Source: Tubiluchus corallicola (lineage: Eukaryota > Animalia > Priapulida). Taken from it: a DNA stretch of 64,000 nt. A program made the translations under genes and the position numbers. The notes under the pieces are model-generated. The model made no database searches and was not told the origin of the DNA. It worked only from the letters and a program-made list of their open reading frames with translations. Location of the stretch: contig JAQGDQ010000011.1 of assembly GCA_030141605.1 (NCBI GenBank), forward strand, positions 988,066 to 1,052,065, in the 5' to 3' direction. Shown here one piece after another: positions 55,128-64,000 of the stretch. The first letter of the stretch is position 1, and each line of letters starts with the position of its first letter.

Positions 55128-55447
55128 AGCACTCTGAATGTTATTTAGTTCCGACTCACACAGACCATGACAAGTATCCTCCGCCTCTGTTAAAACATAG
55201 TTTCTGCGATGATGACGATGACTCCGAGGCCGTGTCTGCCTTTCCAATTCCCCATCAGCCATTGATACCCATCACTCTTTCTTCACCCCCATCTGACAGC
55301 TATACAGACAAGGCATCTGCTGTCCCTCAGCAGTTGTTCCCGACTTGCGACACTTCAACCGAGCAATCTATCCCTCCAGCCACCGATTATTCTCATCCAA
55401 AACGCAGTCGTCGCCCCCCAAAATATCTTGCTGACTACGTTACCTGA
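55067..55447 (+). CDS. Integrase C-terminal tail (after frameshift in an A9 run)
   Basis: KKFTGSQLR...KRSRRPPKYLADYV*, a typical Gypsy integrase end. Confidence 0.7.
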   Translation: MALSKKKFTGSQLRASSYKVKHSECYLVPTHTDHDKYPPPLLKHSFCDDDDDSEAVSAFPIPHQPLIPITLSSPPSDSYTDKASAVPQQLFPTCDTSTEQSIPPATDYSHPKRSRRPPKYLADYVT

Positions 55448-55908
55448 ATTTTATCCTTTTTCTTCAGCATTTACATATCAAGTTGTAAGTGTGCCTTTTT
55501 GACTTTATAATGTAAGTTACACACAAATTTTGTATTGCGTTTTTGAGTAACATAATCCGATAATATTGCCCTAAATCATTGACTTCATGCTAAGTTCTAT
55601 TATAGTCGTGCTGTATTTCTTTGGTCATCTGTGTATTACCTCTTTCTATATGTAATACTGTGACAGCTATCGTTAATGCATTTATATTCGCATTACTGTA
55701 CAAGCACATACTGTTTTCATGATAAACAACGTATATTAATGTTGTGCACCGCACATCGTAGTTTGCGATAGTTCATAAATTACATTCTATATCGTTTGTA
55801 TTGTAATTCTAGTTACAAGTTTCACCTTTTATGTCATATTACATGTATACTAAATGTTGTTTGATTTTGTTTCTAGCCATCGGTTAAGAAAAAGGAAAAG
55901 AGAAGCCG

Positions 55909-56113
55909 CGCCAGTATACATGCGTGTTGTTAGTTTTATCAACTTTACCCCTTTTGCAAAGTTGCTCTTTTGTTTTCAGCTTCTTTGTTTTTGCGTTGCG
56001 CTCATCTTTCTACTTATAACCTCGTTGCTTTGCGAGTTACAATAAAGTTGTTAAATTTATTCTTGTCGTCTTGGTGTTTGAGACAAAGCTGGTACATTCT
56101 TTAATTAATGGCG
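55909..56113 (+). repeat. 3' LTR
   Basis: See 5' LTR. Confidence 0.95.
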
Positions 56114-56599
56114 CAAACAGCTTTCTCCATTCCTCTTTTGTGTACTGAACATTGTCATCATCCCACAGTACATTTTTAATATTTTTTTATCTAATGAATA
56201 CAAAAAGCAGACATTTATTGAAATGTGAATTTTTTCTAAAAAAAAGTGGGTGGACGGCGATCCCCCACGATCCCCCTCCAATACACCACTGGTGACACAC
56301 AACCAAATAAAGAGTCAGATAGCGATGAAAATGTGTGGCTGGAAAATTGGCATTAGTGTCTGTCCTTGTGTTCATTTTGTTTCATGCGCATATAAGCCGA
56401 CCCCCTGATTTCAGTATTGTATTTTATAGTTCTAAATTCGGCTTATACGCGAGTATATACGGTAATTGTGGTATTACTATAAAATACTATAGATATTATT
56501 ACGATTCTTGGCAATATTTTGCGGGCATAAAAATGAATAGTCAGGGCTCCTATTACTTTGCATACCTTTCCATTTATTCTAAATTGTGAGGTTGCTTGG

Positions 56600-59500
56600 T
56601 CACCGAACACGCTTTCATTTTACCTGGATTCTCGCGGCTTAAAGTTATGACTCCACGTGTGCGTAATGTGTGATTCTTCATCCATATTGTGTGATGCGTA
56701 TTAATGTTTCCATGTGTTGAAACACACTCAGATACTAGATCAACATAAAATATATGTTTATTCTATCACCGTACAAGATAAGTGCCTGACTCGCTCTACG
56801 TGGCCAGTCCAAGCGCATCTATCTGATTAACAGTCTAATCTAATCGAACAATGCCATGTGTCCATGAATGCTCTCCATATGCCCATATGTGTATAACAAA
56901 AATCTCACAGTGCTTTTTCTGCTATTTTTCTTGCTGTTTGTGAAATGTCAAAATTGTGTCTGTCAAAATTTCAGTATGATAATTATAGCAGTGGCACTAG
57001 CTTATTACTGTAATATTAGGTGGAAAAGCAAGCACAGGTTTTGAGTGCACATTTTGCAGCTGAGAAAACAATACAACATTTATCATCATTTAGTGAAAGA
57101 ACTGTAACACATAATTATACGCTTCTTTTATCTCTCAAAACTTAAGCAGAACGAATATTATTGTGCATACATCTTAAAGTAGCCAAAACTCATCTAAACA
57201 GAATTTCCAGAAAGCCAATCAGTGTAAATGGCCACCAGAAACTTAAAAATTTTTCTAAATTGCTGTGTGATGTGTATTTGGACAACAGCTATCATGTTCT
57301 AGTGAATACGGATCACGCTTCACGCATTACGCATTTCACAATACATACTAATGGAAACATTTCCACATGTTTAAATACAAAGTGTTGTATACACATTATG
57401 GACCATGCATTGCATGCACATAGAGTCATACGTTTACTCTGTAAGCATTTTTACCTTTGATATGCATTTATAGTATGACTGTCATAGTAAACTGAATCAT
57501 TGAAAGACAGTTGAAGTTCTGTAAAACCTTGAATTTCCATGAAGCTTTTGTGACTGTTTGAAGTACCTGAAGATGGTGTAGAGTAAATACGTAGTGGAAA
57601 ACATGTTTCAAACCATGTTTGAAATTCTTCAGATAACCTAGCTGTGCAAAGCCATGTGAACGTATCCAAAAATGGGCAAAATCTTTAAACCTGTGTGAAA
57701 CACTCCGAGTGAAAGCCTCATGAAAACGTGTTCGTTGGACAAATAACCATAGTCGTAAGCATAGTCGTGATCTGTCTCTTTTTCTAGGTCAGCTGCTGTG
57801 GAATTTAAAACACCGAAGGATTGGCAGCTAGAGCTTAGAAAACCTAACACTTTTTCTGATAAACGAGATACAGTCAGATACATTTGTTTCGATGAAACGA
57901 ATTAATCAGATTGTATCTCGTTTGTCACGACGATGTACACATATTTTTCTGGTGTGACACTGCTCTTCTTAGTTTAGGAGGCCAGATGTGATACTCTAGT
58001 AATTCGCTAATTGTTGTTTAACTTGCAGGACTTGGGCGCACATTGTGCGGGTATGACGCGATACTCTCTCTTTGATTCTAAGAGAAAGTATCCCGTCATA
58101 CGAACTTGGATTTTTAGCAGAAATCACTGCATTGTTTAGGACGTCCTTGTTTTCCGAATTCAAACCTCTGTTAATAGGTGCAGCGTTTTCATGTCAACTT
58201 GCTTTCCCAAAACCAGAAATATTTAGTATTTACAAGGACACATCTGCATGTCCTGAATTTGAGAAAATATAGTGTCCCATAAGCCACTATACAGATTGCA
58301 TTGTCTATATATATTTTTAACAATGAAATGCAAAACTTTGAAAATTGTCACAAATGAGCTAAACCCTTGGACAATTCTTTTAGTCAAGTTAGACAAAAAT
58401 CTGAAAAGAACTACAGCACTAGTAGGCTTTGTCATTTTTGCAACATCAAGAGCTGCAGATACCAATCCAATGGCAAGACGGGCATTGAGGAAAAGTCTCT
58501 TACAGCTCATGAGTAGTGAGGAAAGGCTGCGCCTTGATAAACTGTGATAAAATGTGTAGTTCATGTGACACTCTAAATTTCTACTGAACTGCAGTTAGCA
58601 ATTACAGAACCTCAGGCCAGTCTAATTTTACACCTCATTTCAAATATTACCGCCATCACCATATCAGTCAAGTTCTGGTCAAAAAGTAAATGAAAAAAAT
58701 TGCCAAAGGCCCCATTTGATTCTTGTATGAGCTTGCTGAGATTAGTAAAAAATTTAAAAACGCAAATTAGAAATAAAAGACTTTTGCGACGCCCAAATAT
58801 AGCAAATGAAGTTCTTTGGTCTAGTTTTGAGCCTCTATCCCCTGTTCATCTCGATGTGGCATCACCCGACTCCCTTTATTGTTTCAAAACTGCATGGAGA
58901 TGTACATCCATAGCTAAAACAACACTTCAGTCAATTTAGAGAATTATCCTCAATATCCATATTAATAAAGTAGATTCCTGTAGTGCCACACCTGTGATGT
59001 TAGGCCTTGCCAGTGTACTGATCACTATACCTGCGTATATGCGTATTTAATATCTTTGGTATAAGAGTATAAGAGGGTTTTCTTCAATAGAGACCAAATT
59101 GTTTATACATTAAAGCTAAGCTTAGCCACATTTTCTTAGTCAGCTCAAGAACTTATGCTACACCTCCGCGGTCGGCTCAAGTCGCCACGATTTGCTCTTT
59201 CTTTGGACATGAAAAACTACAATTTGGAAGCACCAAAATCTGCTTCGTCTATTATCGAATTTCTGCTAAAAATATGGTTGTGCACTATGTTTTAGTGACA
59301 ACTGCCAGTTTTACTTTCACTCTGTTTCTACTCGCAGCTTAAAACATGACAGATAAATTTTGTTGCGAACAGAAACAGCAGAACATGCAGTTATCACTCT
59401 GACATGTTGCAGGCCTTTGGTAACTTATCAAGGTACATGGACGTGATCGTACATGCAGTAGTCCCGTACTGCGAGGATAGGTGCGTATGATGTGTATTGA

Positions 59501-59600
59501 ACAAGAAGTGAAGAAATTTATCGTCAGATTATAGTTGTTTCTGTACATTATCAACCAGAAGCCATGCATATTTCTTGGAGTATTCCGATTATTTAGCATC
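56600..59600 (+). other. Hairpin-dense intronic segment (candidate structured RNA region)
   Basis: Stems at 57265-57318, 57606-57624, 57780-57842, 57857-57927, 58051-58101, 59276-59303, 59322-59378 and others; no coding or TE signature recognised. Confidence 0.5.
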
Positions 59601-60299
59601 AGGGCTGTTAAAAAGCATCAAGAAAAAGGGTCAAGGGCTTCAACACTAGTGTTAAGAGCGTTGCTGTGAAAAGGTTGAGATATGTATACTATCAAGAGAA
59701 ATAGAATTTTTCTAACAACATGTGATTTTCTAGAGGAGGTATCTTTTGAAGTTCCTCGTGAATCAAACGAGGTTGTAGTTCAGGGAAACAGATTGCTGGA
59801 GGAGAATTCCACAGATACGAAGCTCAGGGGATACTTACTATGAAAAAAGAGTCGGTGTTTAGCAACCAAAATAAGCGGAAAATTGTTTTTAAATAAGGTT
59901 TAAAAAATTGTGGCCAGATGAGAAATCGGAAGCATTCACTGCACAATAAATAAGATTCAAAATCCTTGACAGTATTAGCTATTTAGTACTTCCTTGAACT
60001 TCTTGACAACTGGCACTAATTAGTATGACCCTTTGAGAATGAGGTTTTAAAATTTGTTAAAATTCTTAATCAAGTTATAACCTAAGCTCTGTTTACGGTA
60101 GAAGCATTCCAACACTGAAGAGTGTGTTATCAGAATTCGTACGGGTAAATTGTAATAACATTTTAATTCGTAGTACCTCTGATTATTATATCACATTTGA
60201 TGAAATAACATGACTCAACATTTCAACATTTTGACGTTTAGACAAATACTAAAAGTTAAAGAAATACTGATGTAGAGACAAACTTATTCTCCAGTCAGG

Positions 60300-60740
60300 T
60301 TAAACAGGAAGAAAAGGCAATTTTAATGTATATTCTGTAAGAAAATTCTCATTCATTTAAAATATTCATGCCGTCTGGTAGAACGGTACTGCATCATCAT
60401 CCCAGTGTGCACCGCTGACTCACCAAAAACATATTGATTTTATTCACAGTACAAAGGAATTTATACTTTTAAAGTGAAGTGAAGTTAGTTAGTGAAGCGT
60501 GTGCTACGAATGCTCTGATTACTTTTTCAAACTTTAAGCAATGTTATCTAAACTTGTTTCAAACGACTTACTGTTAAAATGCCTGTACCCGGTCATCACG
60601 GGAATTTAAATTTACAAGTTTTATACAGCATTACTGCTCACATAATCTCTGTATGCAATAAGACAGGGTGTAAGTGATACAAAGTTTCAAGACAAATTTT
60701 TTAGGTTTGATGTATGGAGAGTGTTTTCTTGTGCTTTAAT
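60300..60740. repeat. Interspersed repeat, copy 2 (copy 1 at ~273-770)
   Basis: See copy 1. Confidence 0.6.
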
Positions 60741-61340
60741 TCCCGTGTAAGAAGTAGTCTCGATTTTTATTCTCAATGTTCCAGAAACATTGATCTTGTT
60801 AATATTAAGGCTGTACTTATTGTTTGAATGTGTATTTATTTTTGCAAGCAAATGTGCTTTTATTTTTATGCATTTGAATACTGACGCGTCTGTTACACAC
60901 TTGCTAATTTTCAATAGAACTTGATGACCCACAACTTCTCGACTTCAATCTAAACCAGACAGATTAAGAACAGTGCTTTTTTCATTTTTGTACATTTAAA
61001 ATAAGATGCTCAGTCAGGGCCGATAGCAGAGGTTAATTACAATTTAATGTCATTGCAGCCTGGAAGAGTTAAAGGTCAATAAAGAAAATTATCTGCAGTT
61101 ACCCATTTTAGAAACTGAACCTTAGCCGTCTAATTGCTTTCTCTACATTTGCAGTAATTGCAATATATCTGGCTATGATCATTTCTTCTGGTTTCTTCGG
61201 TGAAGGCAATTAAATGGCCCAGTTTCAGCTTAATGATTTTTCTGGGTAGTATTGATATTAAACCCTGGACATTAATCTGTCGTACTACCAAGTTTTTGAG
61301 GTGGCCAAAGTTAATTTCATCGCATTGTTGTATAATGCAG

Positions 61341-61488
61341 GACCAGTTCCAACATGCGGCACCGGTATCTGGTGGCATGGGTAAGTTCCTGCTGCAGAAA
61401 ATGGGTTGGAAGGAAGGCGAAGGACTTGGAAAGAACAAGTCTGGCAGTTTGACTCCTCTGGTGCTGGACGTAAAGATGGATAGAAAAG
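61341..61488 (+). CDS. SON: SON coding exon 7 (G-patch)
   Basis: DQFQHAAPVSGGMGKFLLQKMGWKEGEGLGKNKSG; cag|..|gtatga. Confidence 0.93.
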
Positions 61489-61854
61489 GTATGAGATCAA
61501 TAGAGTTCAAAAGGTGAACCTTGGAGTTATATAGATGTAATGAAGTCATAGTATAAGAAAAAAATCCCGAAGTTTTCATTTAGGTATCGAGGAAGGTTAT
61601 TAGTCAGTGAAAAATTTATAATATGAATATGAAGAAATAAGAAAATCACTTACATAACTAGAGTTGAAGAGCAAATGTGATCAAGACAATATTGCTGTTG
61701 ATGTTTTCCTGGAGTTGCCCTTTTTAAAGCAAAAATATAGTGCAAGTAAGTAATTCCTCTTGGTTGAAAAGACTGATACAAGACGCAGTTCTATGTACTT
61801 GTTTTTATGTGTATTATTTATTGATTGATGAAAAACAGTAATATTATTTTCTAG

Positions 61855-61935
61855 GCTTGGTGACACAAGAAGAAGTGTCGGTAAAAGGGAGAGTTGGTCG
61901 TTTTCCTGTTCCACCTGTTCAGTACGATTTGTCAG
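61855..61935 (+). CDS. SON: SON coding exon 8
   Basis: (G)LVTQEE...YDLS; tag|..|gtgggt; phase 1-1. Confidence 0.82.
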
Positions 61936-62080
61936 GTGGGTAAACTTGAAGCACTTTGGTAATACAGAGCAACTGTTTTGATCTAAATTTAAAATCCAAA
62001 TTTGAATGGAGCAGCAATACAAATATGCCTGTTTTTTTCAAGCTTTGTCAACTCCAGCATTTATTATTCCATCTGTTTAG

Positions 62081-62196
62081 GGAAGCATCCGGTGTCTGCT
62101 CTGACGGAACTGTGCAACAAGCGACGGTGGGGACCGCCTCAGTTTACTCTCGTAGATTCTACTGGCCCTGATCATAGAAAACATTTCCTGTTTAAG
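62081..62196 (+). CDS. SON: SON coding exon 9 (dsRBD first half)
   Basis: GKHPVSALTELCNKRRWGPPQF...GPDHRKHFLFK. Confidence 0.93.
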
Positions 62197-62244
62197 GTAA
62201 CGTCTTTCTAGCCTTATTTTTGTTTACTAGAAGTAGAAAGTTTA

Positions 62245-62363
62245 CGAAGGAGTTTACAATTCCCCACAATTTAAATACCATAACTCTAACTCTAACCTCA
62301 CCTTAATTTTAATCCTAATTCACGAATTAATTTCTTGTGTGTGGAGAATTGTAAACTTTAGCC
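62245..62363. mobile_element. 119-bp mini inverted-repeat element with 8-bp TSD
   Basis: AGTTTACAATTCCCCACA / TGTGGAGAATTGTAAACT around (CTAAC.)n; AAAGTTTA at 62237-44 and 62364-71. Confidence 0.65.
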
Positions 62364-63165
62364 AAAGTTTATTATACGTACAAAAAGCAAGAAAGCTTTT
62401 CTGTGTTTCTTGTTGTTTCTCCACTTTTACTAATTAATTACTAAAGTAATTGTTTTTGTTATTATTTAATCATTTTACTGATGCACAATTTATTACAGCT
62501 TGTGCACGGGAATATTTTATGAACACGAATTAGCCATTCTAATGTAGAATAAATAAAAGCAGTGATAGGCCTAATACTGTAATTTTTAGCTTGCATGTAT
62601 TTAGTTTATCAACCATAAAATTTTGAACCAGTCGTATCTAATTACACATATAGATTGGCTTCACCTACCATCGTTTGATGACTTGTTGTCAGTCTGACAA
62701 GATAGTTTCTAATTTGTTGTACACTGTATCTTTTTGCAAGTTTTCCACGTTTTTTGGCCATAGGTTTTTTTGTAGCTTGTATATTACCTTTTTAGACAAT
62801 AGAGAACACCACCACCCATTATTTTCAACAACTCGATTCCTCAATTGCATGCAGCATATCAAAGTATTATTACTACTGGCATAGGCGTCAGTTAATTTGC
62901 ATATTAAGCATGACAGTGCAGTCTTGTCACCCGGTCATTCAAGTGGTTAAAGAAGGAAAATTGTAAACAAAAATTTTTACCACATTCTGTATTTGCTGCA
63001 GTACTAATGTTTTAAAACATGTTTAAGTGTAAATATTTATTTAGCAGCAATAATCAATGTTTGCCTCAGTATACTGTAGAAAATAACTTGTAACAGAACC
63101 AGTTCTAAAAATTACAATTAGAGAGTGAAATATTAGTAAATTCAGTGATTCTTTATCTTCTTCAG

Positions 63166-63282
63166 GTAAAAGTTAATGGTGTGGAATACATACCAACGAT
63201 AGCTAGTCCTAACAAGAAACATGCAAGAGCTCAGTCTGCTACCGTGTGCCTACAGTCTCTCGGTTTATTACCAAACACTTGA
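63166..63282 (+). CDS. SON: SON coding exon 10 (dsRBD end, stop)
   Basis: VKVNGVEYIPTIASPNKKHARAQSATVCLQSLGLLPNT*. Confidence 0.92.
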   Translation, partial: VKVNGVEYIPTIASPNKKHARAQSATVCLQSLGLLPNT

Positions 63283-63576
63283 ACATTCGTTGCAGAGCTT
63301 ATACGACTGTTTAAACTGCGACAGAAAAATATTTGTAAATACTCATTTCTGAGGATATCTGCACAACTGCGTCTGTAATGTTTTGTATTAATTGCTGATC
63401 ATGGAGCTGCAGTGTAGATTTTTTGTAACGTGCACACCGTGTGCTTACTAATGTATCTAATGAAATGCGGATTTCATAGTTAAAAAATGGGAAGCATTAA
63501 TTTTACTCAGTCATGCAATAACTAGAAAATTTCTAAATCAAAGTACCAAATTTTACAATTTCAGTATTAATGTGTA

Positions 63577-63582
63577 AATAAA
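63577..63582 (+). terminator. Candidate polyadenylation signal for SON
   Basis: AATAAA ~295 nt after the stop, followed by T-rich sequence. Confidence 0.5.
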
Positions 63583-63891
63583 AGCTATTTTGCAAAGATT
63601 AATTTTACGTCGTACTTTTTTCTGATTTCATCACGTCAAATTACATCAAGATTCATTCAAGAATTGAGCACACTAAGCAAGTTCCATTCTATGAATGTCA
63701 GGTAAACAAAAACAACGTCTGCCAGCAGATCCATTTACTACAAACAGCGTGTCCCATCACATTCTTAACTAAAGACAGTCCATGTCAGTTTCAAACACTT
63801 CCCAGCCAAAACACAAGATCACACGTTTTAGACGCTCATTAGAAAAATCAATAAACTTTGATTCACACAGCAACGATGCACCCGAAACCTG

Positions 63892-63999
63892 TCAAGGTGT
63901 AAACGTCAGATATTTTCTCGTTAACCGGTCGTTTGAAGATTGTTCCGAAGTCACGTTGTTTGAATCAAAGTTCATGGGCTCGGTTTCTGTGGAAGAACG
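63892..63999 (-). CDS. Possible 3' coding end of a convergent neighbouring gene
   Basis: Open frame from the window edge, RSSTETEPMNFDSNNVTSEQSSNDRLTRKYLTFTP*, with higher GC; no homology recognised. Confidence 0.25.
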   Translation of the reverse strand, partial: RSSTETEPMNFDSNNVTSEQSSNDRLTRKYLTFTP

Positions 64000-64000
64000 T

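Larger units (their letters stand above)
50150..56113 (+). mobile_element. Gypsy-like LTR retrotransposon with CG...CG termini and 3-bp TSD (Troyka-like)
   Basis: 205-bp LTRs CGCCA...TGGCG, TSD CAA, PBS-like TGGTGGCTGCCGG at 50355, PPT AAGAAAAAGGAAAAGAGAAG; order protease-RT-RNase H-integrase. Confidence 0.9.
49736..56462 (-). mobile_element. Tc1/mariner (pogo/Tc2-type) non-autonomous element, ~760 bp, split by the LTR retrotransposon
   Basis: TIR CCGTATATACTCGC(A/G)TATAAGCC at both ends, TA TSD; retains a transposase C-terminus VLWDDD...LFGESDDEGGSDNDFEGF* on the minus strand across the insertion. Confidence 0.85.

Noticed and set aside
57161-58939. Short ORFs on both strands in the SON intron read as a nested gene or viral relic
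   Set aside because: No shared frame or recognisable domain after translating both strands.

Overview
AT-rich, intron-containing eukaryotic (invertebrate-like) genomic DNA; the taxon cannot be fixed from the sequence. Three host genes can be built by reading splice sites. (1) A two-exon, minus-strand gene (15809-14194 joined to 10957-8017, about 1518 aa) for a secreted, Cys/Trp-free, Gln/Gly/Tyr/Ser-rich protein with three tandem-repeat arrays. (2) Two minus-strand exons (24525-24421, 21095-20958) of a CD225/dispanin membrane protein that the ORF track largely misses. (3) A 10-coding-exon SON orthologue on the plus strand (42845-63282, about 1088 aa; RS region, G-patch, dsRBD). Mobile DNA includes a full-length but crippled BEL/Pao LTR element (33420-39816) carrying an RTE insertion; a very young Gypsy-like element with CG...CG LTR ends and a 3-bp TSD (Troyka-like, 50150-56113) nested in a Tc1/mariner-pogo MITE inside a SON intron; a deleted pogo element; several MITEs, LINE relics and microsatellites. 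The most unexplained signal is about 3 kb (56.6-59.6 kb) of dense, sense-strand G-U-containing hairpins around a candidate truncating exon, in the SON intron just before the G-patch/dsRBD exons.
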